A stretch of DNA of 64,000 nucleotides, taken from NCBI GenBank assembly GCA_036172245.1, contig JAYWIR010000034.1, positions 372,001-436,000 on the forward strand. The letters are read 5' to 3'. The stretch is from Raillietiella orientalis. Taxonomy: Eukaryota. The notes under the pieces are model-generated. The model ran no database searches, was not told the DNA's origin, and saw only the letters and a list, made by a program, of their open reading frames with translations. Below are positions 48,201-60,589 of the stretch, piece after piece. A program made the position numbers and the translations under genes. Each line of letters begins with the position of its first letter. Position 1 is the first letter of the stretch.

Positions 48201-51200
48201 ACGCCCCTTCCTAGTGATGCACACTTAAATGGAAAAGATTTAATCTATCTGTAGCGCTTGAGGAAACATCTGTAAGAGGGAAATTAGATGTGCTACGACT
48301 GCTTACTTCCTGCAAGCACGTATTTCAGGATCCATTATGAAGTGATTAAAGTCTCAAGTGCCCACGAAATCTATGGAAATCTATTAACAGCAAAATGCAT
48401 GCGCTGAAAAATCTATCAACCATTTAGGAGTGCAGACAAATGGATATCCCATTTCCAGCAGAAAATCTTGCAATAATAAAAGATACAAAAACACTGAAGG
48501 ATGGATCGAAGCCAGCGAAATAAAGTGGATACAGGAGATTTTCGCGAGTTCGTCCCCCCTCCCCCCCCAGTATTCAAAGTTCCTTGGAAGCGCACATTCT
48601 TGGCCAGATTTGGAAAAAAAAATTCTACGGGAATCGGTCCACTAGGACTCGAGAATGATCTCTGTCGTGACTCCCAAGACCAGACTCCCTCATCCTCTTC
48701 TGACGAGATCCGCTTTCGACGTAAAGTGTGGCATATATTCGGAGAGAGACGGTCAGCGGCCTCGTATGTGGTTCTCAGCGAAACATTTCCTGCTGAAAGT
48801 CACATGGAGACAAAGCCGAGTTTAGGGAGGAATGGGAAACCTCGTTTTTCCCTAGTCGATAAGGAGGAAGGAATTATAAATCTGTGGTCGGTGTTCCATT
48901 ATTTCTCAGCATTGGGGGATAGTTTTCCCTGATTTATCCAGAACAACAACAATTTATTGATTGAAACATTCGGAAGTGGCATTAATTTTCACTTTTAGAT
49001 CGGAGGTAATCGTCAAGGAAAGCTCACACGAGCAGATGAGATGATTCTTCGAGATGCCTTGTGAGTTTTCGAAATTGCTTTCAAATCCTTTTGCTGCTTG
49101 TTACTAAGTGATGATTCCGAAGAAACCGCATCGAGGCTACGTATTTCTTTTTTTTTTTTTATTCCACAATAGCAATCTCTCCCCCAAAAGGGAATTCAAG
49201 ACAGAAGTACTGCTGATTTTTGTCGTTAGGTAGCTTCAGGCAAGTAAATTCTTGCCGAGGTGGTATCCATGTTGCTACGAGGATTCACTTCCAACTGATT
49301 GCAGGATTAAAATTAGGTGCTACCAGGTTTTTTCTTTACCCTGTGTACCGTACCATTTATCGAATATCGCGATTTTCATCTGGAGGCATCGGAGGAAAAC
49401 ACGAAGGCATCCAGTGTCTTCTAGCCTCCAAAGGAAAGAGGATATGGAACAATTCGAAACTAATGTTCTAAACTCAAGTTGAGACTTCTTCTTTGTGCTA
49501 AGTTTGGAAGGAACTGCTGGTTCACGTGTGTTCATTTTACCGACTAACATTCATCAGAAGTCTCTCTTTCTAAAAGAATCGCAAAATAATAATAAAAAAA
49601 AAACTTTGGTGATCTGAAAGGGTAAAATTTCAGCCCTGGTCATTCGCTTCCAGTTTTAGCTAGTGTTTCTGATTAGTGTACGCATGACCAATTTTCTTGG
49701 TCTTTCTAGCAAAACGCCTTTTTTATAATCTTTTAAGCTTTTGCAGTTTTATTTCTTAACATTTTCTTCCCTGAACGGTTGCCAGGGGGTATCTGTAGAA
49801 GTTTTCAACGCCAATTCTTGGGAGGGTGCCACGGAAATGCTCCTGGATCAAAAAATCTCACTCTAAAAGGAATTTGTCCAAAACTTATGCAATGTGGCTC
49901 CTTGGTTTGGGAAGTATTGGAAACGGTGAGCAATCTCTCCCGTCATTCCATTCATGGATCCCTAACTTTCGTCAAATTTTGCTCAATCTCTTCGTACCCA
50001 ATGTGCGATCTTCTCCTCCTTCCGTGAGTGACTGGAGGTGCTTTGATAGATGCAGATGAGAATTCGGAGATTTTCACAACAGGCTATTTCGTCATTTTGT
50101 AAACACTGCAAGTGTGCAGACGGCGATGGCCTCTTGGTCAGTGAAGGCGAGATTTTTTTCTAGAGAAAGTCCTCAAGGCCGATTGAATCGAATTCTCTCT
50201 TCCTCTTTTTTTGCACTTGAATTTTGAGCATGTGTCGTGGTGTTTGCGAAATTGACCACTTCCGCGAAGTCTCCATTACTTAGACGTGATGCTTTTTCCA
50301 CTAAGTGCCGATTCACTTTTTCTTCTTCTGAAACTTCTGAACGTGAAATTTTTGCAATGAACTCAACATATTAAAGGAAGTATCATCTCCTTGACATTGT
50401 TTTCCTTCACGGACAAATTGCTCTTGGCATGAAATTTGCTTCAGTCTTCCACTCACAACATTCTCTGACGACACATCTTTGAGTTTTCGATCCGCCATCA
50501 GGGATGCCTCGATAATCACGAACTCTACTATCAGAGAGAGAGTTTGTTTTTCTTCCTTGATTCCTGTTTAGAAGGTCAGGAAGCGTAAGAAAAAGGAACC
50601 CTATCCCGCGGCTACATCCCCGCAGGACGATTCCGCTGGTGCAAATTTTTCTATCCTTACGTTCAGATGTAATTTAAGCGATAAGCATTCTAATCTCGGG
50701 AAGAAAGAGTAAAGTTCGAAGTGAGAGTTTCTCTCGTCAGACAACTGCGAGTAGCGTTTCGAGCGACCACACTTTCAGCTTTATGGTTTTCATCCACCCA
50801 GAATAGTTGTGGTTTCTGGCGGTCCAAACTTCTATTCCCAGCCACTCTTTTGCTCTGTACAGGTGATACGCCACCCAATTTCTACTGTTCGTTCGCACAG
50901 GCAGTTCCAAAAAAGGTTGCTTCACTTTTCGTCATGAGGGGCTGTTCGTATGTGCGAAACTCCAAAAGAGTGCAGCTCCTCGGTGAACTGTGATATCGGA
51001 GGAAAAACAGGTTGGCGTATTTTTCTTCAATCCCTGTTTGTTTCACGAGATCGTCTTCAGATCCCTGTGAGGCAAAAGCTTCTGTGTGGAGTAGACTTTG
51101 GAAAGTCACTACCACTTTCGAGTCGTATCTTTCCACTCTCCAATGCTTCCCATGCTTCTTTTAAATGGGCAGCCACCAGCTATCCCTCGGATGCTGTTGA

Positions 51201-53076
51201 TGCCCCTGTCGGGACTACTTTTCAAGCATTTCCTTGTGCTTGCAGTTGTGGTCTTCCTCGCACGCTGTGTTTCTGAATAACTGGTAGCTTCCATGATGAG
51301 TCAGGGCAAGTATTGAATCTTCACATCGAGATTCGTATGCTCAGCAGGGAACTATCACGGTTCATGTCATTACCTTCCCAGGATAGCTCCACTGGAATTT
51401 TCACAACTTACCCTTAATGGAGCTTCCTGAGTAACCAGTGCGAGTGATTTCGAATTTCATAATCACAACAGGGATAGGACACATTTTGGGAGATAATTAC
51501 TGGACGAATATTTGGATCCAAGGAAAGAACTAACGGGCAGCCATGAAGAAATGTATCAGAAAGTAAAGAAGCGCGTTCTGCTTGTGTGACGTTTGCCTTC
51601 ATGATTATTCTATGGGAAAACCCAAATGCGCAAAAGAGAATAGCAAGACCAAGAAGGAGTTGGGCCCCCCCTTCACCAACCAAGAAAAAAAAAAAAAATT
51701 AACAGAGTGAAATGGACCATTTGTGAAGCTGGCGGATTTTTCAGCTGGAATGGAATGCAGTCATCGAAAAAGTCATACCTTTTCAAATGTTTTCCTGTCC
51801 AGAAAGCTCGAGAGATTGTAACGTAATTTTTTGGATTCATTGTTTATATTTCTTTTTAGTTCTGCAGTGGACTTCGGTTCAGGTCTCGGATGGTCATGTA
51901 CTCCCTTTGCCTGCAATTAGACTCCATTTGATTGGATCTGGCTTTGATTTTCCAACTTGGTCAACTCTGAGAACAAAACACCGTGAACAGCAAGAAGAAC
52001 CCATTTTATCCATGAGCCGAAAAAAGTTGCGCATCCCAACCGTAGGTCCCAATGTGAAATTTTCAAACGATATGTAAGACGGCGTCGAATATCAACTCGC
52101 GTCATAAGAAAGAAAAATTCCATAGTAATAAATGAAATATTTTTTTTGCCTGAAAGAAGATGGCACTGCCAGCATGTCTCCAGAAATGAGTCACTGGATA
52201 TCCGCCGTGTCCACGACATTGCCTGATTTCGAGATGACCGCTACAACTGTTATTTGGACAAGATTTCCCTAGAAAAGTTGCAAAGAAAATAATAAATGAG
52301 TTATTTGATTTCATAACAACTTCAATGATACCACCTTGAGATCAGCTGATCATCTTGAATAGAGCTGTTTTAATTAATGTGTAATTTTATAGTAACTACC
52401 TGATGAAACTACTGTAAAAAAGGAGTCATTAAATAAAGACTTAATGAGAAACGAGGACAATCAAATCGAGATTTGAGGAGCAAACAAGTAAGATGTAGGA
52501 GATCGAGAATGGAATTTTACAGTGATTTCATGGATTCCTAAGCATTCGGAATTCTTTATACAACATGAATGGACGTAATTTTAGGAATTCCTCCAATGTT
52601 GACTGAACTTTAATCGCATGATATACATAATCAAAAATCGTTGATGACGAGTTCATTTACCTTGTTGTTTTTTACGTGCTTTGTCGCAAATAGCTGGCCT
52701 CAAGTGCACTTTATCTCCATCCGGCAAGGTACACCTCATGGAACAAACCAGTACTCCCAAACAGCTTTTCTTTAAAATGTTCACCTGGAGCATTGAGGTA
52801 TGCGAAAAAATTCACTGCTTGCATCTCTACTTACGTTGTGGTTGTTTGTGTTTCTCATTGCCCAACCAGAGGAATGTTTTCTCGCTTCTTCACATTCTGA
52901 AGAATAAACGAATCGGCAATGCCCATCAGCCCATTCCTGATACTCATCGTAGTGGTTGACCTGCAAAAGTTTTGAAATTTCGCCGATCTCCATTTACGGG
53001 AGTGCTTCTTCACCTGAGGGATGGCGCTATCATTGATATCCCAGTCGTGGTAGGGAGAGGATTTTATGTATGACAT
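44694..53076 (-). CDS. gcm: Glial cells missing (GCM-domain) transcription factor, spliced CDS join(53076-53014,52960-52835,52784-52661,52268-52150,51910-51779,46567-46501,45250-44694), ~395 aa
   Basis: The spliced translation contains the complete GCM domain: [147 protein letters not shown]. All exon phases are compatible. The start Met and the last two exons are inferred from splice signals and phase, not from homology. Confidence 0.95.
46111..46124. promoter_or_regulatory. perfect palindromic RFX X-box GTTGCCATGGCAAC in the last gcm intron
   Basis: Exact match to the optimal 14-bp RFX-binding palindrome; function not demonstrated. Confidence 0.5.
46501..46567 (-). CDS. gcm: probable gcm exon ([23 protein letters not shown]), 67 nt
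   Basis: Acceptor tcttctcatttcag|, donor CAG|gtaaaa. Phase 0 in and phase 1 out bridges the flanking exons exactly. No homology support. Confidence 0.7.
47880..48930 (+). mobile_element. degenerate LINE ORF2 3' remnant inside the long gcm intron
   Basis: FKVPWKRTF...[15 protein letters not shown]...[17 protein letters not shown] follows the W..(K)..W..H..LP..CxxC..E..H layout, decayed. Confidence 0.35.
50700..51560 (-). mobile_element. degenerate L1-like RT/thumb remnant inside the long gcm intron
   Basis: [19 protein letters not shown] (RPISL..DYKI) and [17 protein letters not shown]...VWTARNH...IKLKVW (LP..KYLG...N....I..W). Confidence 0.4.
51779..51910 (-). CDS. gcm: gcm exon ([13 protein letters not shown]...TFEK), 132 nt
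   Basis: Acceptor ctaattgcag|, donor AAG|gtatga; AKGxHDHPRPE completes the GCM domain. Confidence 0.96.
52150..52268 (-). CDS. gcm: gcm exon (KSCPN...[15 protein letters not shown]...IFFQ), 119 nt, ending at a GC donor
   Basis: Acceptor acttttctag|; [14 protein letters not shown] motif; donor is CAG|gcaaaa. Confidence 0.96.
52661..52784 (-). CDS. gcm: gcm exon ([11 protein letters not shown]...[13 protein letters not shown]), 124 nt
   Basis: Acceptor gctccag|, donor AAG|gtaaat; ILKKSCLGV and [10 protein letters not shown] motifs; preceded by a 50-nt intron. Confidence 0.97.
52835..52960 (-). CDS. gcm: gcm exon ([10 protein letters not shown]...[10 protein letters not shown]), 126 nt
   Basis: Acceptor ttttgcag|, donor AAC|gtaagt; carries the invariant [11 protein letters not shown] motif; preceded by a 53-nt intron. 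Confidence 0.97.
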
Positions 53077-53098
53077 AGACTCCTCGATGTTATCATAC
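53014..53098 (-). CDS. gcm: gcm exon with candidate start ATG at 53076 ([21 protein letters not shown])
   Basis: Acceptor tgctttcag| at 53099, donor CAG|gtgaag. DWDIND marks the start of the GCM domain. The frame is open upstream of the ATG, so an additional upstream coding exon is possible. Confidence 0.92.
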
Positions 53099-53199
53099 CT
53101 GAAAGCATTATATGATATGCATTGAGTCTCTCTCACGAGGAAAAAGTGCTTTTCTCTGAAAGAGACAGAATCAGATTGGCAAGAATTTCGGCATTTAGA

Positions 53200-55990
53200 G
53201 CATTTGGGAACGCAATCACTCTAAAGCATTCGTTCCGTAATTCTTTCATCCCATACATAGACAGCAAGAACACATGGACCACGGGATCGTCACACTGTCA
53301 TTATCCCACGCAAATCCCGAACGCATTCCGTTCCAAGAACACGCTTCAATCCTGGGCTGCTCTTGCTCTTGTTGTAGGTGATACCGCTATTACTCCTGAG
53401 AAGAACGCAAGAGTAGGAATGTTTCTAAAATATATTAGGCGTGTTTCAGGTGCTTTAAGTGTACATCCACCAGAAGGCATAAAAAAAAAAGGCTTGGGCA
53501 AGCAGAAAGAGTGCTTTCGCAACACGGAAACGCTTTTGGATTCCTGAACACAAGTCTAAAGCCCTCTCACGATGAACACCCCCCTGTTCCTTACGGATCC
53601 ATTCAGTGACCTGAAAGACTCCTCTGTCAGGGAGCTTATTCGGACCGGAGATGAATGAAATCCAGCTCTACTCCACAATATCTTTCCTTCAGGTTTTCTT
53701 GGTCCAGAAAGATATATAGGATTTGCTTCCCACTGGATACAACGCTTGGGAGTGAACTGGGCAACATGATTGGATTACAAGAGATGAAGATTCGCAATTT
53801 CGTTTCCGATGCCTACCTCATTCACGGTCTCACGATGATGCCTGGTTTTTAGCAATTCTCACCTCCTGTAGACGCACTTTCCTTCCGAGAAGTTCAATGG
53901 CAGAGAATTCGGTTTGCAAAATCTTTGACTTTCATTTCCGAGAATGAGTATCGGCTATCTAGCAAATGAAGCAGAGATATACCTCATCTTCGAGACGCGA
54001 AATCAATGCCACTCCATATTGCGAGACGACCATCCAGAGCATGTGGATGGATTTGGGCCTTTTTCCATGAGAATATGAGTTTCATGGAGACGACACATAT
54101 GACCGCGTTTGACTGACAAGGAAGGGGAAACATAGATTCACAGTGAAGAACGCCCTAACGTACCCTAATTTTCTATTCTCGAGCCGTTATAGCTTGGAAG
54201 AATGTGACAGAACTGCAACCAAAAAAGATTCCATTTTTCCAAGAAATGGGTAGACTCCTGTTGCAAAGCAAAGAGTAACTCATAATGATGCCTGGATGCC
54301 AGAAAATAGAGTCAGCCAGTAAGATCTTACAAACCATGTGCAGAATGAGAAAAATAAGGAAGGAGCGTGAGATTTTGGGGGGAGGATTTAACCATGTCTT
54401 GTACAAAGTGATCAAAGAGACATTGCAGACGCTTCGGTCTTATCGGACCAGAAACAACTAAAGTACAAGGCCCCTGAATAGGAAGGAGTCCTGAACGTCT
54501 CCAGGAAGAATTTCAATCTCTCTTTCTAGATTTTCTTCGCTCCGTGGCTCGGCTGCAATTCCCCTTCATGACGATTTCGTTCTTAGCACTAACCGGCTGG
54601 AGAGTCTGAATCCCCCCGGCAGTCGTGCCTACAGGTGCCGTCCACCCCACAATGCACGAACATTCTTCGGATGAATTCGATGCGCCACGCTAGACGCAGT
54701 CTGGCTCCACCGGTAGAAACATGCGCAATTAGCCATTCCTGGGGGATCGGCCTACTGGAACACATCCGGGATTCGCCCCTGTCTTTCCTGTTTCGAAAGG
54801 CTTCGTACGAATAAACTCCATGGCTCTCTCTTCCCTGGTGTCTGGTTCTGATTTGGAAGTCGTTTTCTCGACTTGAGCAAATGAGAAGAAATAGTTCTCC
54901 TAGGAGACGATGAAAAAATCCTAAATCGATCTTCGAAAACGAGTTGCCAATCCAGATCATTCTTCCTTTCGCTACTTTTCCTTCCTACAGGAGGATTTCA
55001 TTGGAAGGAAATCCTTCTTTGTCTTTCACTGGAGGGGAAAACGGGGAAGTCCTCTTTGTACCGACAGAGACCACACGTTTCACTGGCGCGAATGCCGTCA
55101 CTGTGACGACCAATCGCGATGCAGAAGAGTGCTGAGAAGAAAACCATGGTTGTCCATCTAACACTAGAGGAGGTTTAACTTCCCATTCCCGTTCCGATTG
55201 TCTTGTACATTTTCCTGCGCATCACGTACCGATGTAGTAAGCAAATTACGCCTGCCTGGAAGACTCCATGGCCAGACGGAACACCAGCCTTACGAACTGA
55301 GAAGCAAGTTTCCCTCAAAAGAAGTGCTTTCCTTCCAGCGTTTCTATTGGGGAGTGGGAATTTTTGAGGCTGAAAGGTGGTCGATAATGGCCTGTACCCT
55401 CCTTCACAGACAAACCCTTGTTAAATGTATTCGAACGGACAATATGCAGTCGTTTTAGTAAAGGGAATCTTCAAGAACTTCCACGAAATGGCATTCACTG
55501 CTCGTCATCAAGGTCAATTGAGGTTTCGCGACGTAGAAATTTTCCTTAAGTACACTGAAAACCTTCGAATAATGGAGTGCTCGAATTGGTCTGGACCAGT
55601 CCGCGTAAGGTCCATTTCGTCTCGAGCTCGGGACAACAAGGCTTTCTCCTTGGCCTAGTAGTGTACAGACAGAATAGGTCTGAAGGAAACGATGCAAGTA
55701 AGAAACAATCTTTTTATCCTAGTTTGGTTTCTCTCATCTGACAGATCCCCAAGATAAGGTTCCATAAGGAACCCATCGCTTTCATGAGTCCTGTAATAAT
55801 ATATCCCTCCTTCGTCAAATCCCTGTTTCAAGTCTGGGTAGGAGTTCTTATATACTTGAAATGCAGCTGAGCAAGTGAAAACTTTCGTGATTCCCAGGAA
55901 TTGTAAAATTGTTCGGGAATGCTCTCCTTCTCCTGATTTCATCACTGGCGTGCTGCTTACGTCAGGCTGTGAGCTCTCCTGTCGTTTTCG
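53200..55990 (-). mobile_element. patchy LINE RT remnants upstream of the gcm coding exons
   Basis: DLKQGFDEGGIYYYRTHESDGF (DLxKAFDxV...GF) near 55780-55840 and FGICVG**QCDDPVVHVFLLSM (GxRQGDPLSxxLFxL) near 53250-53330. Not one continuous element. Confidence 0.35.
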
Positions 55991-58599
55991 CATGTGGTCG
56001 TTTGGAATCTGGCAAGGTTGAAAAGATAAACATCGTCTTAGGACACGCGGTCTTTTTCAAGCTTCCGCCGACAGTTCCTTATTCCTTCGTACCTAGCATT
56101 CATCCCGTTCCGATGTGCACTCTCCTTTTCACCTTGGATCCTCTTTGGATCAAGCCCCAAGCAAAGTGTGAGAGGCACTTTCTTCCGTCAGACCTCAGTG
56201 GCGCGTCTCAGCTTTTACCCTGGAATGTTGTAAGATACTTCGTTATCCAATGAAGAGAGGGAGGTGCAAAAAGCATATCTCGCAGGGATCGTCTCATCAT
56301 GGCTCCTGGCTTCGTACGGAAAAGCGTTCGTTTGGAGAAGGAAGAGAGGGGTGCTCGTTTTCGCGGCTTTTCAAGAATGGTATTCTCTTGACAACTCGCA
56401 CAAGGGATGCTTCCAACAAAAGTCTTCTGCTGCCACCACTCGGTGAGATTCCGGCATCCCGATTTAGCGACACTCCATTTTGTTTCCTCTTTTATCTCAT
56501 TTACGCCAGGAATTCTCAAGTTGCAAGCAGATTTCGACTGCGCTTCAAGCAGATTCTACTCGTCTTGAGTAGATCTGCCGTCCAAACACAAATAGGATGC
56601 TGCAGTTTCAGTTGAAAAATCCAAAGCCTTCCTATGAGAGCAGTACAAGGGTTATCATTGGTTACCGAGAAGACATACGTAGATTAAGATAGGAATCTCA
56701 GAGCATATAAGAGATGGACGGTGAGGAAACCAATAAGGAAGGTGAAATCTTACGAACCAAGAACAAAGTGCTTTTCTCCGAAGGGAAGATAAGTAGCATG
56801 TGTGTGTCAGCCTTGCACATCTTGAGAATTTCGAAGATTTCCTTTTAAAAGATTAGATAAACTCGAGAAAAAGAACGGGAGTTTCATGGATAGGAAGAAT
56901 TTCATGGGATATTTGTGCCTAGTCAGAGCTAATGGGAACGCAAATGGTTGCACCTAGATGGGATTAGAGATTAGCGTTATATCTTGCACTGAGAATGGTG
57001 AATCACCATCACCTCCCTGGATATTTCCCTGTGCACACGAGGACTGAGTTTCGACATTCGTGGATCGAAATGGTTGCAGGCTTCAGTGACTTGCAGCCCC
57101 CTCTCCGCTGTATTCCGAAACTTTCCTTGTCACGGAAATCTGCTCGAACGTTCCTGATTCCTTCCTCCGAATTGGAATCGTGCTGCTCTTCAATATGGTG
57201 CTGTATCTCCCTGCTCGTTGTTCATATCGAGCATTCTTGAAACATTCCTCCAGGATGAAAGCATCGTGTTTTTCGCTGGCCTTTGGGGAAGGACATCCCA
57301 CACTCGCTCATGGACCAAGTGCTTAGTGAACCGCATTGATAATTTTCAAGTGATTCTGCTAGTCATTTACTTGCAAAGTTCTTGGGATAAATAGGTCTCA
57401 TCTCAAGACGAGGCACTTCGAATTCATTGATCGGAATTTGATCCTGATGTGCAGCCTCTAATGTTCTTAAGGAAGATTTGAAATTCAATGTGCTAAGTTC
57501 ATTGCTGATGCACTCGGATCATCCTGTGGTGAGGGAGCGATTTCTATTCAGTATGAAAGGAGTGAACATTTTTGCCCAGTCTTAAAGGATCAATCTCAAG
57601 CTTTCCAGAAAAATTCCACTGTCACCAGGGTTTCGATTTCATGCAGTTGTAAACGATTTCCGAGCTTTCGGCATCGGGAATGGTCTCTGAAGATGCTGGA
57701 TCGCTAATTTATTTTAATCTGCTCACAAGAAAAGTGGGAGAAATTTCCGGCATAGCATCCTGAACTGGAATATGCTGACATTCTTTCTCTTTACAACCAC
57801 ACATTCCCGATTCAGACATTATGGGAACATTTGGAAGCTGTCGAAGGAGCATTCCATCATCCACACGTTTGTTTGCTCATTCATAATTCGAGTTTCTGAG
57901 GCTGTGAACAGGCAAGGTGGCAGTTTTGAACGAATGACCTGCAAACAACATTTGCTCTCAGAGTCTGACTTTTTCTTGCCTCAGCAATTCCAGCTCAGGC
58001 AAGAAATCTCGGCCTGTGGCTTGGATCCTCTTCCTTGCATCAGCTATGGAAGCTGTGTAAGGAAACATCCTCTCTCTTCCTATCTTGCGGCAACTGTCAT
58101 AAAAGTCTTCAGCTTCATTGTACCTTCGTTTCGAAGTTTCCTTCGAATGATCATTAATTCTTGATTTATTTTTAGAATTAACCTATTTGCTTTTGAGGGC
58201 GCAAGCAAGGAGGGTGGGAGAGATTTCAGTGGAGAGATCCTCTCGAATAAGCGGTACATCTTGAAGTAGACGAATAGTGGTATACGATGAGTCAAAGGAG
58301 AGTTTTGAGGATCAATCTCTTGTCTCCGAAAGATGAATCCCAAATTTTCTGGAAGTCCCCACCTCAAGTTTATGATGTGATCATGATGATCCGAATGTCT
58401 TTTTATCAGAGGATGCTTTCGCCAGAAAAAAAAATACAAGCGAAGCTTCCCATTTCAAGTTTTCAAGCTCTTTTCTATACAAGGATTGCTGACACTTTGG
58501 GAGGTCGTGACTTGATTGCGCGTCTTTCGTTGAGCATCTCCAACAGACCTGAGAAACCATTTCGCATGTGGAAGCTTGAAAATAGTGGGGGGTCGCGCG

Positions 58600-59100
58600 A
58601 ATGTTTTTGAAAATGCTCGCTCTCACAAGCCCTCAAGAGGTCTGGCCGCATCGTGTGAGAAGTGATGAAGTTTTGCCCTCAGTTGCAAGAACGTTCCCAC
58701 CTTAAGGCAGACGGTGCTCTCCCAAAAAGCAGCAGCAGCTTGGAGATGGAACATCCTCTTAAGAACGCAAGGATGAACTCGAGAGACGACGTAGAGATCG
58801 AGAAATTCGCGTGCGCAGCGGCTCCTAGCGAAAGGTTCACTTCCTGCTCTCCGGGTCCCTTCCGGGAGTCTTTTCGATGGAAGAGGGAAAAGCATCGACT
58901 TACTCGTTTCATCTTGCAGGACTCAACGCTACACCGAGGATCCGGAAGAAACGTGGTGAGCGTGCACGGACCACTGATCCGAGAAGACAAAGATGACTCG
59001 ACAGTACCGCGGAAGTGTTGGAATCCTGAAGAACGCACGCAAACATCCCGATGCGTCTTCTCAAAGGAACGATTCACTTATCCTAGGAAAACAACAGACT
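58600..59100 (+). mobile_element. degenerate L1/Tx1-like post-RT remnant
   Basis: FRESFRWKREKHRLTRFILQDSTLHRGSG matches FxFxW......R..L..P...GGxG. Confidence 0.45.
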
Positions 59101-60589
59101 CTTCTGCGGCCGGTTGAGATATGCGAGGGAGAGGGAGGAGGGATAAATCAATCCGTGTTCATCTCTCAACATGCATGAGATGCAAGCTCACTTCATCAGC
59201 GCGAGCGTGACAGAAGACTTCCTCTCGGTGTACACTGTCACATAAATCATTTCCTTGTCCAGCAGCAACACCCTGGTCTGTTTGCTACTCAGACTCGGAA
59301 GATTGAGTTGTCTGATAAAATGTTATCTGTGCCTTCGCATGACGGAGCGGCTGCAAAAATACATGCGGTGTTCACGTGCGATGCGGACTGCCTTAAGGAG
59401 AGGATACGTCTGCAGCACCCACCCCCGTTGGTGCACGCGTGCAGTGACACGGAGGATCAAAGGGTATCCAGCGAGCAGCCGCACCGCGGCTGCATGCAAA
59501 CGAGCAACGCGGAAGCAAGACTAATTGCGCAGGCGGATCGGTTCTACGGAAGAGCAAAAAAGGAAAAACTCGTCAGGCGCGCTGGGAGAGATTTCGAGGA
59601 ACCTCCCGCGTGACATTTGCTTGCGGCGGGTTGCTTGGTGGCGAGCGGCGCCTCACGCCGGTTTCAAGGGAAAGAGTGATCCGGAGAACCGAACAGCCAT
59701 TGAAGATTCGGGTGCTCGTTCCATCTTTTGGTTTGTGCGGATCATCCCAAATGGTCACTCAAGAGTTCGTGTTCAAGCCGCGCAGGCGCCCGCGTCCCTC
59801 GCGCAGCCGCAGATCAACCAGTCGTGCACCCTTGAACTCGTCAGATATTCCCCACCACAGGGGGACACCTCCGGCTGTCGGAGTCACCTGCGTCCTCTGA
59901 TCCTCCAACCGAACGCGACTATTCCGTGGTCCGAAACCCTGCAGCATCACCACAGAGCGCTGTCGGCAGACGCCGTGAAAGCCCGTCCAAGATGCCTCCA
60001 TAGGTACGAGGGACTCGGGACTTTGGGGGAAGTGATTAGAGGGAGGTGTCCGTTGCCGCTGTTCAGGCCAACGGCGGACCGAAACTGCGGAGTGCGGAGA
60101 GGGCAAGCTGATCTGGAAGTCGCTCTTCGTAGGCATGCCAGGGCCTATAGAACGCTTTCTTTCAGTTTGGAGATCTGTGAAAATTTCCCTGTGAAGAAGA
60201 AGCGAGGTTCCACGATGCAACTTGTAAGTTAAGCTCAAGATAATGCATTGCCATAGGATCCACTGCTCCAAGCGATAACGACGGGACCAACAGAGGAAGA
60301 TGAATGTGTAGGAGGTAAAGGATATTTGCCCAGTGACTGCAGAGAGAGAAGGAAATGAATACGAGGGTGATGTTACTGCGTTTCAAATAAGATGCAAAGG
60401 AAACTGATAACCTGGTCAGCATATAAAAACGCTGCATCCCGAATTCCGGAAGAGGAAACGAAGCTTCGGTAGCACCGTGCTCTCGAAACGCGGACATGCA
60501 AAGAGAAAGAGTAGAAGATTCATTACTCTGCCGCGAGTGTTTGTTTTTGCGCAGCGTGCCCGGTCGGCATGGATTTGTGCAGGCAGAGA

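Noticed and set aside
49541..49569. 29-nt minus-strand micro-exon candidate in the long gcm intron
   Set aside because: Alone or with the 56-nt candidate it shifts the frame away from the long terminal ORF; the acceptor is largely a poly-T run.
59525..60232. 235-aa ORF and an overlapping 170-aa minus ORF with a Tc1-like WWGIS stretch
   Set aside because: No DDE triad, TIRs or domain resemblance; long ORFs are expected by chance in GC-rich DNA.
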